Positions 14,054 to 29,200 of a stretch of 64,000 bases of DNA are shown here, piece by piece. The position numbers were made by a program, and so were the translations under genes. Below the pieces are notes generated by a model. That model worked only from the letters and a program-made list of their open reading frames with translations. It made no database searches and was not told the origin of the DNA. This DNA is from Octopus vulgaris. Lineage: Eukaryota. Location: NCBI GenBank assembly GCA_951406725.2, contig OX597818.1, positions 15,314,001-15,378,000 of the forward strand. Direction: 5' to 3'. Each line of letters opens with the position of its first letter. The first letter of the stretch is position 1.

Positions 14054-14064
14054 AATCTTTCTAT

Positions 14065-14144
<80 letters not shown>

Positions 14145-14422
14145 TTGCCTATCTACATGTCTGTCTGACTATTTTCCCGTCTAGCTAGCTAAAGCATTTA
14201 TATATGCACCATGCATGTATGTATGTATATATGCATATATACATATTAAGTATATATATATATATATTCATGTGTGTATATATTATGTATGTGATGTTTA
14301 AACTTGTATTTATATCTTTCTGTCCATATCTACACGAGCGCGTATCTTTTAAAACTGCGAAATCATTCTTTTGTAATTGTTATTTTATTATCCGTCAATG
14401 ACATCTCTCAGTGTAGCTCTCA

Positions 14423-14507
<85 letters not shown>

Positions 14508-14509
14508 CT

Positions 14510-14559
<50 letters not shown>

Positions 14560-14661
14560 AAAAAAAAAAAAAAATAATGACTTTACTGGGAGTTCCAATC
14601 AGTTTAATTTATTAAAAAAAAATTTTTTTAGTAATATAAATTTTACACTTTAGTTTATATG

Positions 14662-14696
<35 letters not shown>

Positions 14697-14757
14697 ACAC
14701 ACACACATATATGTGTGTGTGTAAATACACACACACACACACACACACATATATATT

Positions 14758-14814
<57 letters not shown>

Positions 14815-15521
14815 CACACACAGACATACACCCATACACTCACACTCACACGCATACACACACACACACATACACACGCACACGTACACATACACACACA
14901 CACACACCTCACACATACACACGCACCTACATACACACACGCACGCATACACACGCATACACACACACATTACACACGTACACACACACCTACATACACA
15001 TGCATACACACACACACACAAACATGCACGGACACACCCAGACATACATACATACACCTATATACACACGCCCACACACCTACATACACACACATATACA
15101 CACGCCCACACAGCTACATCCACACACATACACACATACACGGACACACCCATACATACTTACATACATACACCTATACACACACGCCTACACACCTACA
15201 CACACACATGCATACACACACACATGTACGCACATACACACACACATACATACACACACATGCACACACACACATACGCACATGCATGCACGCATGCACA
15301 CGCGCACACCTACACGCATACACACACACACACGCACGTACACATACATACATACACACACGCATACATACACCCATACACATACATGCATCCTACACAC
15401 ACATACATACACACTCACACATACATACACACACACGCACTCACTCACACACCTGTATGTTCGCGCACACACATGCACATACACACACTTCCCCACACCC
15501 ACACGTACATACATACACACT

Positions 15522-15552
<31 letters not shown>

Positions 15553-16260
15553 GGACATACATCTATGCACACACATATATACACACATACTCACATACAT
15601 TCATCGGACACACTGCCACCCAGACATACACACAGACACACTCACACATCCACACACACACATACGTACGCGCACACTCGCAGGCGCGCGCACACACGCG
15701 CTTGCGCCGGTTCGCGCACGCATGCGCGTCGCATGCACCTCGCCCTTGGACCCGACGAGACCTCCCGCCCGTTCCTGGGATGTCGCTTGTCGTTGGGTTT
15801 TCCCACGCCCGTCTCCGCGGGACCACTCTTCCATCTTCCCCTCCGCTGGAGTCCTTTTCCTTAAACCCCCCTTTTTCGTTACACACACGCGCACACATAT
15901 ACACACATTGCTTAAACATATACATTACTCTTACACACATTCAATCTACTCGCCATTAATACTACCACGACACTGGACACACACACACACTACTACTCAA
16001 CACACGCTGGCACGCTACATACGCCCCCACCCCTTCCCCTCCCTCCCTTCCTCCTTCCTCCCTTTTCTTACTACTGACCTTTGTCTGCTATGCTGCTGCT
16101 ATGCTGACCACCGTCTCGCCCTACCTCACACGCCTACACACAGACGCACACACTAACACATACATATATTTTTTGTTTTTTTATCTCGCCTCACACACAC
16201 ACATACACACACGCACACGCACACACTCACACATACACACACATCTGTTGCGTTACCAAC
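13860..16260. repeat. Microsatellite block: (TATC)n, (TC)n, (TA)n and a ~1.4-kb degenerate (CA)n tract
   Basis: Direct inspection; the long HT/IY/CV ORFs here come from these repeats. Confidence 0.9.
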
Positions 16261-16532
16261 CTTGTCCCCACTCTTTTGCCTTTAAAAAACCCACTTTGCT
16301 CTTGTTATCGTAGACATCCGCCTTTCACCATGTGTAACTCCTAACACCAGTCGTTTTTTTCTCTATCTCCGTTGCCCGCTCTGGGATCTTTCTTTCTCTC
16401 TCTTCCTTCTTTATGTTTCCGACGAAGAGCTCCGCCGAAACGTCATACCTCCTGCTTCCATTTCCTGAGCGCCTATTAATAATAATACTGTAATTGTTCC
16501 ATTGTTGTTGTTTTTTGTTTCCCGTTTGGATT

Positions 16533-16602
<70 letters not shown>

Positions 16603-16977
16603 ATAGACTTTCCCGTCGTTAGACAACGTATGAGGGTTCGACAAGTTCTTACCGAACAACCACACAGATGATTCGTATATAGTGATCAAATGTTTGTGTT
16701 CACATAAGCTCACTCCCTCCATCAGATCGACATTACCTGTACAGGTGGAACGGGGTGTCACATGTCAGATGATGAAATGATCGCAGAGCAACGTGAATGA
16801 AGTGCTTTACTCAAGAATACAACGCAAAGAATACAAGAATCCACGATCTCTCAGTCGTGATTGTAACACCCTAACTACTGAGCCATACACTTTCACATGT
16901 ATACACATATATATATATCATAATTTTGACAGCCCTGTATACATCAATTACAAAAGATAGTTGCATACGCAGTATAA

Positions 16978-17331
16978 TCTTTTACTTGTTTCAGTCATTT
17001 GACTGTGGCCATGCTGGAGCACCGCCTTTAGTCGATCACTTTTGCCGAACCGCTAAGTTACAGGGACGTAAACATACCAGCATCGGTTGTGAAGCAATGT
17101 TGGGGGACAAACACAGACATACAAACATATACACACACATACATATATATACATATTTACATATATACGACGGGCTTCTTTCAGTTTCCGTCTACCAAAT
17201 CCACTCACAAGGCTTTGGTCGGCCCGAGGCTATAGTAGAAGACACTTGCCCAAGGTGCCACGCAGTGGGCCTGAACCCGGAACCATGTGGTTGGTAAGCA
17301 AGCTACTTACCACACAGCCACGCCTACGCCT
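16978..17331 (-). mobile_element. tRNA-derived SINE, family A (internal deletion)
   Basis: Similarity to other copies; ~50 nt missing after TTTAGTCG. Confidence 0.9.
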
Positions 17332-17718
17332 CTATATATAAGCATCGCTCTTAATCGTCTTTGAAAATCACGGAAGTTTTACCAGTTTTTGAATCATGTA
17401 TTAATAACGATACAGAAATTCTATGTACTATACAGCAAAAGAATCTGGTGGTTTTGAAGAACGCAAAATGTTTGTGAGTGTCTGTCTGTCTGCAAATACA
17501 TACACACACATGCGCACACACAACACCCTGACAAATACAAATCACACATACACCCACACTCACAAACGTGCACATATATACACGCACCACCCTGCTAAAT
17601 ATAAAACACACATACACAGACCTATACACACACACTCCACACTGAACTCTAAGATCCGTAAAAAAAACCCATACACAAACACAAGCCCATATATATACAC
17701 ACACACACATAGAACCGT

Positions 17719-17774
<56 letters not shown>

Positions 17775-18419
17775 CATCTTGAACTCTAAGACCAGTCCAA
17801 AAACATTGAACCATGACAGACTAGCCCAGAAACAAAAAAAAAATCCTTTTGGTTCCACAGACTATATCAATGCTCTCCCCCACCAACCAGCCTCCAATAC
17901 TATTTCTAAAAATAGCAACCACCCCTGCAACACACATACAAAACTGGAGAGGAAGGAAAAATGGTTGGTTATTCCCCTAAAATTCTGTATAACTACTTAA
18001 ATATGATTTCCGATGAAGTTTTGACTAAGCAATACACGCTTTCTCTTATCAAATATTTTCTACAATTTTTTTTCTGTATTTATACTTCTACACAATCATG
18101 ATTTTTGATGAACTTATGAATAATTATGAATTTATTGTACAACCTATTTTGAACAGTTTTATGTAAACTGTTTAAACAAAAAGCCCCGCTTAACACTTTC
18201 TAAGAGTTTGTCAATGCTACGTCAGAATACATAACTTCTTGCATTCTTAGATTTCATACATTTTATACCTTGGTGGTCCCTAAGTAATTGTTTTAAAACA
18301 AGGTTTCGAAATTTTTGAAGAATAACAATTCTCTCACCAAACATGAGACAATCATTCACTGAGGATGAAGTCTTTCACTGTTGGAAAAATTGTTTCAAGT
18401 CTTCTGACTGAGGTTTTAT

Positions 18420-19860
18420 TTCTTGTTGCTTCTTGAACCATATCTGCCGACACAGAACAGAATCAATTGAGGGGAAAATAAAACATTTTGCACACAAAAT
18501 TTCAAATGGTAACAGTATCTTCGTTGTCTAGTTTTTAATTTACCAGGAGACGCGATAGTGCAAATTAGCTTTACTAAATTCATTCGTTGACTTGTATTTG
18601 AGTTGAGAGTTTTACTCTTGCAGCATTGTTGTCTATCATTGAAAACGATTTGCTGTGTAAGCTGGAAAGCCCTTTTATGAGACAAAAATAGATACAGCGG
18701 AGTTTATGACCAGTAAATAAAACAAGGCCTTCCATGAAGCATTTTGTGAAATCTTTTAACTCCATACACTAGCACCAATTCTTCCTTTCCAATTTGGCTG
18801 TAGTTTATTTTCACTTTACTCAAAGTACAAGCACCCTGAGCAATTGCTTTTCCAGTACTATCTTGGAATATATGGGATATGACAGCTCCGATACTATAAT
18901 CCGAAGCATCTGCGGCCAGTATTATTTCCAATTTCGAGTAAGAATAATTTAGTAATAACTTAGATGGCAGCAATTCTTTCGCCTCTTCAAAGGCTTCGGT
19001 GCATGCTGGTGTCCAGTTCCACTTGGTATTTTTATATAGTAGATGCTTTAATGGTTCGTACAAACGATGCATGGAAGGCAGGAATATAATGTAATAGTTA
19101 AGGAGTGCAAGAATTGCTTCTACGTTTGCTGGATCTGGTTTACGACCGTCTTTGTTTAATGATGAAATCAAGCTATTTTATTGATATCATTAAAATACAT
19201 CGTTTGTTCTCTTTTACTTTAAGACCAAATGAATTCATTTTATGGAAATGAGTATCCAATCGATGAAATAATTCTTCATTCGTTGAACCAGTTACTATAA
19301 TATCGCCTAGATAATCTGCAATTCCAAATATGTCTGCAACAATTGTGTCCATTACTTGTTGAAATATAGCTGGAGCCGTTGTTTATTCCGAATGGTAAAC
19401 GTTGATATGAGTAAAGACCACCTCTGAGAGCATTAACTGTCAACAATTGTTGTGAATTATCATCACTTCAGTTTGTAAGCAAGCCTCAGCAAATCGATTT
19501 TTGCGAAGTAACGACTACCATTAAGCTTGTTGAAAATGTATTCAGGAATAGGTAGAGGGTAGGAGTGGTCATCTAAGACTTCGTTTATTCCAGTCGAAAA
19601 ATCTGCATAAAGGTGAATAGATCTATTTGCTTTCTTAACCAACACTATTGGTGCTGCCCCAGTCAACTGGTTTCCTAATGTCTAATTGTACAAGACGCTC
19701 TAACTCTTTGTCGACTTTGAATTGGACTGCATATGGAACTGGTCTGCGAGGACTAAACAGAGGCTTTGAAGCAGGATTTAGCGGCAAACTTGCTTTGTAC
19801 AACTTTGCAACGCCCCAACAAATCTTTGAAAATGAAATTTAAACGACCAGTGCAAGAGGC
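18420..19860 (-). mobile_element. Degenerate Ty3/Gypsy pol remnant (RT-RNase H)
   Basis: AAPIVLVKKANRSIHLYADFSTGINEVLDDHSYPLP..YFAKIDL, YQRLPFG..APAIFQQVMD..YLGDII, ILAADASDYSIGAVISH..YSQIGKEELVLVYGVKRFH; many stops and frameshifts; no LTRs seen. Confidence 0.9.
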
Positions 19861-20075
19861 ACATGAAATAGTTCCGTCCCAGATATTCAGACAACATACG
19901 AAAATACTTGTGCGCTAGCGCGTACATGTGTCTATGCGTGCCTTTTTTCATCATTTTAGCCGATCATATTGACGTTAGCCATATTTTATCGATCTATGTT
20001 TGTCGAATTACTGGTTGCAGGAACATAGAGGGACACAACGGCATTAGTCTGATGCTGGCATAAATAGAAACACAC

Positions 20076-20106
<31 letters not shown>

Positions 20107-20170
20107 CAGAAATATTAAATTTCTAAATATCTCAGAGAGATATGTGCGGTGGTGGAGCAATAGAGTGGTT

Positions 20171-20419
20171 GTATACTGTCAACTTAACGTGACAGTCCCG
20201 TAAGGGAATTACCACACCGCTAGGAAGCATCGACGCTTCCTGTCGGCCTTGACACATTTCTTGTGTCCTTATATATTTACGAAGGGGAGACAAACACTCC
20301 CAACAGCTAGGCCTGCATCTAGAGACATGCATGTTTTGGGGTCTTGCCCATCATCAGTCTAGAGTAGCAAGGCCTGCTAGCTGAAGATACGGGACTGTCA
20401 CGTTAAGTTGACAGTATAC
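20171..20419. repeat. Small element bounded by a perfect 32-bp inverted repeat, containing a hammerhead motif (20318-20363, minus)
   Basis: GTATACTGTCAACTTAACGTGACAGTCCCGTA at 20171-20202 and its exact reverse complement at 20388-20419; minus strand TCTAGA-CTGATGA-TGGGCAAGACCCC-AAAA-CATGCATG-TC-TCTAGA. Confidence 0.75.
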
Positions 20420-20679
20420 TGAGAGAGAGAGAATGATTTCTGCACTATTTCAGTGAGATCGAACTCAGAAACACGTACGTTCAAAGTGAACTAAGCTACA
20501 CAAGCATGCTTATGCCCAGTATACAGTATAATACAAAATCATAAAAATAGCTCAGTATATGTTTATGTTGAAAGCGTATGGACACATGCATGCATGCATG
20601 CATACATACATACATACATACATACATACATACATACATACATACATACATACCTACCTACCTACCTACCTACCTACCT

Positions 20680-20918
20680 TAGAAAGGGAGAATGAATGAG
20701 CAAAACATGTAGTATCACTTTAGAGCATGTAATTTATAATTCCAACACAATTACAGAGTAGTTATAGTAAATATGGGATTAAGAAAAGATAAATTACTTC
20801 TTAATCCATTATTTCTTAATCCCTTATTTACTATAACTACTCTGCAATTATGTTGGAATTATAAATTATATGGTCTACAGTGATATCACGTTTTGCTTAT
20901 TCATTCTACCTGTCTAAT
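20680..20918. repeat. Foldback palindrome (~110-bp arms)
   Basis: AGAGTAGTTATAGTAAATATGGGATTAAGAAA mirrored by TTTCTTAATCCCTTATTTACTATAACTACTCT, extending outward. Confidence 0.8.
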
Positions 20919-21115
20919 ATATATCTGCTCGCTCAATGGTGAAGCACTTATAGCCAACTCTGATAAGCAGCTACAAAAGTACCTTTTTCCTGTTGTAGTC
21001 CAACCCAGAGTTTTGGGGGTAAACCAATCCGAGCACTTGTAGTACATACTGTCTAATTACATTACATAATTAGACGGAACTTTTTCATATGTACTCTATA
21101 CACATACGTGCATAC

Positions 21116-21149
<34 letters not shown>

Positions 21150-22332
21150 CTCTCTCTCTCTCTCTCTCATACACGTACATACATAAGTACATACATAAGT
21201 ACATACATACATACATACATACATACATACATACATACATACAGACAGACAGACAGACAGACATTCATAATACATACATGCATACATACATACATACATA
21301 CATACATACATACATACATACATACATACATACATACATACATACATACATACATACATACATACATACATACATACATACATACATACATACATACATA
21401 CATACATACATACATGCATGCATGCATACATGCATGCATACATACATACATACATACATACATACATACATACATACATACATACATACATACATACATA
21501 CATACACATAGAATCGTTAGCATGCCGGGCAAAATGCTTAGCAGTATTTCGTTCATCTTTATGTTTTAAGTTCCAATTCCGCCGAGGTCGACTTTGCCTT
21601 TCATCCTTTCGGAGCCAATGAAATAAGTATCACTTACGCACTAGGGTAGAGGTAATCGACTAGCCCCCTCCTCCAAAGTTTCAGGCCCTGTGCCTATAGT
21701 AGAAAGGATTATTAATAAGTGAGACTGCAATGTAGGCTATCAAAGTGAGACTGGAGCACAAATATACGAAACCCAATCATGACTACTCATCTGATAAGGA
21801 TTCACCAAGCATTTTATTATTATTATTATTACTATTATTATTATTATTATTATTGTTGTTGTTGTTATTATTATTGAGTGAGAGAGCAGTGCATGCAATC
21901 AAAGTGATACTGGGGTAAAATATTCGATGCCCAGTATACCCATCATGACTACCCGTCTGATAAGAGTACAATAGGCGCATGCATCACAACCATATGTGCG
22001 CGACATGATGATCTCATATCAAGATAAACAGCACATGACCTTGCAGTTGGGGCCCAGTTAGAATTTTCGTCTGGTCGAGTAACCCATCCCTGAATAAGGA
22101 TTGTTTAAGGATGTTGAACGAACCACCCATGTTTCCAAAGGTGAATTATCCAAACCTCCAAGAATTCCTTTCAACACACAGCTATGATGCTTCCCCACTA
22201 CTTCTACTCATGATCAGAGATGCACATGTCGTCAGCCACTAAGGGACATGCTCAACTGGTTAAGGTCAAACAAGTGACAAGCAAATCTGTGGTATTGAGC
22301 AGAATATTTGCTGTAGCCTATTTTTTATACTA

Positions 22333-22378
<46 letters not shown>

Positions 22379-22561
22379 ATAAAAACAAACTTTTCGAAAT
22401 ACAGCTCCCTAGGATTTCCTGGTCGAAATATTATTTTGCAAGGCTTGCGATTTTTAATTATGCCTTTTCTTTTTTAAGTGATCGAGTGCTATACTATGTG
22501 TGTGTGTATGTGTGTGTGTGTGTGTGCGCGCGCGCGCACGTATCTATATATATATAGAGAG

Positions 22562-22616
<55 letters not shown>

Positions 22617-22643
22617 TACATATCTATACATATATATATACAT

Positions 22644-22674
<31 letters not shown>

Positions 22675-23039
22675 AATGCATACATATATATATATTTATA
22701 CATACATATATATGCGCGTATGTATATATGTACATACATACATACTTGCATACATACATACATGCATGCATGCATATATGCATACATGCATACATATGTA
22801 TAAGAATCAAGCAATCCAACCCCACGGGCTCTAAGAAAAACAGGAAAAACATAAACTGAACTACTTTTTAGAGTGCGCCTTAGTACCAGAATTATGTTTT
22901 TCTGAAAACGATATATATATATATATATTGTTATCTTACCGTTTTTATCAATATATATATATATATATATTGATAAACACGGTGAGATAACATTATAAAG
23001 AAAGAGATCTCGATATTATGTAAATAGAGGAATTTATCT

Positions 23040-23212
23040 GTAAATATAATGTGACAATTATTCGGTAGCCAAGATAAAGCTCCGAGTTTTGGATGCCGAG
23101 GTGGAAATCCACGTCACCATCTCTTCAGTTATCCGGCCATCGGGAAAACGCTATGAAAAAGGCATACATATGTATGCATGTATGCATATATGCATCTATG
23201 TATGTATGTTTG

Positions 23213-23246
<34 letters not shown>

Positions 23247-23350
23247 TGTATGTATGTATGTATGCATGCATGCATATATGCAAGTATGTATGTATTTATA
23301 TATATATGTGTATGTATATATATGTGTGTAAATATGTATATATATATATA

Positions 23351-23411
<61 letters not shown>

Positions 23412-23560
23412 CTCTCTCTATATATATATGAATAAACTTTTCATAGCGTTTTTCTGATGCCGGATAACTGAAGAGATGGTGGCGTGGATTTCCACCTCGG
23501 CATCCGAAACTCGGAGTTTTATCTTGGCTACCGAATTATTGTCACATATTACATTTACTG
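23040..23560. repeat. Inverted pair of PLE pseudo-LTR-like segments, each with a hammerhead motif (23072-23134 minus, mutated; 23462-23524 plus)
   Basis: GGATAA-CTGAAGA-GATGGTGG...TCGGCATC-C-GAAA-CTCGGAG-TT-TTATCT; same family as 10084-10200. Confidence 0.75.
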
Positions 23561-24179
23561 ATATATATATAAATATATATATATATATGAAATACAAAAT
23601 GGAACAAGAAGACAAAACTTCCGGACAACTAGATGATACAATGCAAAAAAAAAAAAACACGGACGAGTCATTCGAAGCTTTCTATCCTCAGTCAAGAACC
23701 GGATCATCCTCGCAATTTCGGCTGATTAGTCTTGAGATTGCTCCAATCTGGCCAGCCCCAAGGAAAATCTAAACTAAGAGCATTAGATACCTTAGAAGAA
23801 AGCATCCAATTTATACGAAAACAAGGACGGAAAAACAGACGATGTTACACAAATATAAATACAATACAATAAAAACATAAAAATAGTGATAATAACAGGA
23901 CATAACAACAGGTGTCTTTCGACTGGGGACGAATTGAATTCAGCTGGCGTATGTGGAAATCAAGCCTTACAGCAGAGATACAAAACTTTCACAAACACAG
24001 GGAAGAATATCGATGTTACACTGACCACGGTCAGACGCAAAAAGAGGGCTAGCAGTCTGGCCTATCGGTCACATGAGGAGGGAAGAGAGAGAAAAAGAGG
24101 AACAAAAGAATTAAGGAGGGGGGAAGATAAGAGAGAGAGTTGTAGAAGCAGATGGATACATATACATATATACATACAC

Positions 24180-24268
<89 letters not shown>

Positions 24269-24609
24269 ATTGTTAAAGAGGAAAACAAATGTTAAGGCAA
24301 GAGAAACATCTCAAGTCATATATGTTATTATTATTGGGAAAATTTCAAAGTCTTGCAACTGTTTTCAAAGTACGGGATATTCCGTCATCGGAGACAAATA
24401 GGGAAAATGAGAAGGGTATAGAGTAATGAAACAACGACATAGGGGACAGGAGAAAAGGAATAAGAAGAAGAAAAAAAAGAAGAAAGAGAAGAAAAAAGAA
24501 ACGTACCTAGATGTTTAAATCACCTGTGAACTAACCCCCTATATTTTTTATGTGTGTGTGTGTGTGTGTGTGCGCGTGTGTGTAGGAAGTAAGAGATGAC
24601 CACGGAAAA

Positions 24610-24930
24610 ATCAAAGTTTATGTAATGAACTTCATTAGCTTACAGCTGTTTCTGCTATAAGAAGTGATAGACTCTTTATTGAATCCCTGGGTAACATCCT
24701 ATAGCTTCATCAGAGCCTCAAACATTCAGACAGAACTTTCCATAGGCATCAACATCAACTTTCTAACTCCTAATGCCTGTGTGTTCTGATCATGTAATTT
24801 TCCAAATAAAGCACACTTTATATTCAAGGTTCTGATGAAGCTATATGATGTTACCCAGCTTCTCAACTAAGAGTCCATATTTTATAGCAGAAACAGCTTC
24901 AAGTTAATGAAGTTGATTACATAACCTTTG
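24610..24930. repeat. Inverted repeat with two divergent hammerhead motifs (24638-24716 minus; 24829-24904 plus)
   Basis: Minus copy GCT-CTGATGA-A-GCTATA...TATAGC-A-GAAA-CAGCTG-TA-AGC; plus copy has the same core with a decayed stem III. Confidence 0.75.
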
Positions 24931-25082
24931 TTCCCCCTTCCTCAGTGTCATCTCTTTGTTCTTATCACAACTCTGTACTTATCAAACATTGTGTTCTGGA
25001 CCATATATATATTGAGTTCTACATCAGGTTATTAGTCTCGCTGTATCTAAGTGAAATGTGTGTGTGTATGTGTGTGTGTGTG

Positions 25083-25113
<31 letters not shown>

Positions 25114-25205
25114 AGAAAGAGTATTGCCACCATATATAAATCAGAGTATACAATCAGCGCGCATTTCATATTAAAGTATGTTCACAATACATAATGTATA
25201 GATAG

Positions 25206-25325
<120 letters not shown>

Positions 25326-26535
25326 GTTTCTTTATTGGCCACACAGGGCTGCACACAGATTGGACAAGTTACAAGGTAGAGCTTTTCTTTTGGGGGATGA
25401 AAAAAACAAAAACAAAAGAAAAAAAAGGGGGTGGCGTAGGTTTTCGATCAAGAGGGATCGTAAAAGGGAAGAAAAGAACAAAAATAAATAAATAAATAAA
25501 ATAAAAAATAAAAAGAATAAAAAGAAAAGGAAAAGGAACAAAAGAAAAGAGAAATGAAAAAAGAAGAAAAAAGGGGAAGAGGAAAAAAAAACGATCAATA
25601 GGGATCGTGTATCACTGTGTTATGATATATGGTGTAAAGGGGAAAGCAAGTAAGGTTTATCCGTGGGAAGAAAAGCCTACGAAAAAGACCACGGTAACCT
25701 TGGTCAATATTGTTATATGTTACCACAGATAGATGGATAGATAGATATGTGTGTAAGTATAGACACACATATAGAGGTTATATGGACATGTTGATTTGGG
25801 CACACGTGTCTGTGAAATAGTAATTTACTTGTTAATTCAGGAGCAGGTAATTCAGTCTAAGAACAACTGAATCCACAAAGTCGAAAATCCACCAGCTCAT
25901 GGGTACTCTAAGTGTGTGTGTTGTGTTGCGTTTTGCTTGCTGTGCGTACATGAATAGTTTTCCAACTAAGTGATAAGACTGAAATTGACTGTGAGTCAAC
26001 CACTTCAGATACTTTTCGAAAACTTTCTTGCAAGTAATAAACACAAAGAGAGGAGAGCTTACTATGCCGTTTCCGTAAAGGAATATATAGAATAAATGTT
26101 AAGTATTACAAGCCTTTCTAACGTCGCCTGTGAAATTCACGGGAGTTATTAGTGTGGGAAGCTGATAAGAGTTTTACGTAGAAGTGACTTGCTAAGTGAT
26201 ACGTAGGCCAGCTTCTATCCGGATAAAAGTTGCGTCATACAGCTTTACCGTCTCAGTGATTATATCTTAAGGTAGCTCCTCAAGCGGTCAAAACTGTTAC
26301 ATGTTGAAGTGGTATTTATTTCAATCATTATACTGTGGCCATACTGGACCATTACCTTGAAGAATTTTAGTACATTTTTTTTTCAAAACCTGGTGCTTAA
26401 GCTATCGTTGTCTTTCGTCAATCCGCTAGGTTACAGAGACGTAAACAAGCCAACACCGGTTGTCAAGCAGTGGAGGAGGGACAAACACACACATACACAC
26501 ACACACACATACATACATACATGCATGCATGCATG

Positions 26536-26607
<72 letters not shown>

Positions 26608-27728
26608 TATATAATATATATATATATATGCATATATAATATATAATATAATATAATATAATATATATATATATGCATATATATATATATATGGGATCAA
26701 GAGGTGGTACTCATCAACTTTTAGATATTATATTATGTGTATTTATTTATCTTTTTATTTAAAAAAACAATCATAACAATATACATACATGTATAACATA
26801 TTATGCTTTACATATGTAAAAATACCAGATATTATTAAAATATATAACGTAGAACAACCGATGCTGGTGTGTTTATGTCCCCGTTACTTAGCGGTTCGGC
26901 AAAAGAGACCGATAGAATAAGTACTGGGCTTACAAAAGAATAAGTCCCTTTCAAATAAGGGACAAAAGACCAAATGTGACCGCACAAGTTGTTTCACTAA
27001 GTTGTTATTTATCTCTAAAATTGTGCTTAATATGTATTCTCCGATAAAATACATTAATTGCAATGCTCCATGCAACAGTGTTTAGTTACTAAATTAATGA
27101 ACCAACTCAATATATATCCTCTTTTATATATACCTACTTATTACTAAATTGTTGTTATTTATCGCTGAAATTATGTCTAAAATCTATTTTATCTGACAAA
27201 ATGCCTCAAATGCAAGACTATGTAATCGTGTTGAGTCAATTAATGAACCAATCAGTCATTCAGTCCTTAAACATAATTATCCGTCTATTTATTCAGTTAA
27301 TTACTTTTAATGTAATTAACTAGTCAATGTTTATTTGTTAAAGGTACCAACAAAAAACATAAACATACCTACCTAAACCTACATATTTGTGTGTGCATAC
27401 ATACATACATACATACATACATACATACATACATACATACATACATACATACATACCCACATACACACACACACACACACAAGTGCCTGCAGAGATACAC
27501 ATATACATACCCACATATACTAATACAAAAGTAGCAACAATAGTAATATATACTCACACATATATATATGCATAAAATTATAGCTAACTTAATATGTACC
27601 CTCTTTTATATATACCTGCATAATTATCACATATATTTATATATAATACAGTATAACATCAATAATAACTCGAATAATAATAATAACTATTATTATTATT
27701 GTCAGTAGGGGTATTTTAATACTAGGTT

Positions 27729-27986
27729 CTAGTGGTATTTGGAAAAGGTATGCCTTGTTTTATGAAGACAGGACACGTTGCGTTCCTTAAAGCTGTTAAT
27801 AAGCGGAATTTTAGTCCTAATTATAAAGAAAATTTCTTTAATACATAACATACATTTTCTATTTTTAGTATTATACGGTGGTGCTGTTGTTAATATTTTC
27901 CAATTTAAATTATTGTTAATTCCCCCAACCTTAAGTTCCCATATATAGCTACTTAACCCTGTAGAATTTCTCCTATTTCTGTTTCT

Positions 27987-27992
<6 letters not shown>
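27729..27992 (-). mobile_element. 3' fragment of a Penelope-like element (GIY-YIG C-terminus)
   Basis: STGLSSYIWELK...LNWKIL..APPYN....CMLCIKE....LIN...E.NVSCLHK, homologous to the end of the 10350-11800 element. Confidence 0.8.
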
Positions 27993-28055
<63 letters not shown>

Positions 28056-28639
28056 CAACTTATAAACAAGGGCAAAAGAAAAAAATTCCAATGCCAAATA
28101 TGCCGAAAATAGACTTAAATCATCAATAACCATATAATTCATCACTATAAACACGCGTCTCGAAGCAAGCAGACAGAAATTTCTAAGAAATTTCCGTTAT
28201 TATCGAATCGGCCCCGATTTCTGAGTTAATCATAAGAATTTTCTCGTCGTCAGCGATAAATACGATAAGAAATGAATGAAATACTTACGTGCACCCATGG
28301 AAGAAGTATTTTGGATATATTTGGGGTACTTAAGTGCACTCATCTTAGAAATGTTGGAAATTTAGTATTTTTTAAGATATTGATAAAATTTGTTGGACCT
28401 ATTTTCATGCCTATCGGCCGTCAGAGCTATTGTTATGCCTGTTTACGACTTCGAGTGTTATTGTTACTGAATGTACTTTCGCTTGATGTTTTACGTATGC
28501 GTAGAATTCTGAAATAGCAGACGTAAAAACCATGAAAATTTCGGAAGCTTAACGCATTTGACTTCATGAAAAAAGGTTCGACCAATTTTATTAAAACCTT
28601 AAAAAATACTGAATTTCCGACATTTTCTTGGTCAAATTC

Positions 28640-29200
28640 GTTTAGAGCAATTCAGCGACATAAATAACACGCTTTAAAATAGTGTTTAGCGAAGAGTGGT
28701 GTAATTGTAATTTTCTCCCAAATTTGTTTACTTTTTTAATTTTTTGCAAAAAAACTCCCATTTTCGATACGGAGGTACCTGAAAATTGCCAAAAATCGGC
28801 ATTGTTGAATTTCCCCCTCCCCCACAAATTCTTCAATTTTGACTTTTTTCCCAACACTAACCCTAACCCTAACCGTTACTACAGAAACGTTTTGAAATTT
28901 TTGTCCGAATCGTAATGTCAGCATTTTCCCGCATATTTATAAAAAAAAAAATCTTAAAAGAACAATTTTCGAAAATTTTTTGGAAATTTTTTTCAGAATC
29001 ATGATCTCCGTAGTTTGAAAAAAGAAATTCTGAAAAAAGGAAAAAGAATGAAGGAAATGGGGGTAGAGGGTAATTTTAAAATGCCGATTTTTGCCAAATT
29101 TTTGCAGATTCGTATTCCTCATGTGTCGAAAGAACATTTTTTAAAGAGTATTTGGGGGGGGGGAGTCTTGCCTTATAAATAAATATCGAAGGTAAATATT
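28640..29200. repeat. Dispersed repeat with internal CCCTAA motifs (second copy at 38240-38600)
   Basis: Shared blocks TTTTCAGAATCAT.ATCTCCGTA and AATGCCGATTTTTGCCAA.TTTTTGCAGATT.GTATTC in both copies. Confidence 0.6.

Noticed and set aside
14679-16156. Long 426-491 aa His/Thr-rich ORFs
   Set aside because: They are translations of degenerate (CA)n, which cannot contain stops. The noisy repeat and the odd GC-rich patch at 15670-15860 may be low-quality consensus.
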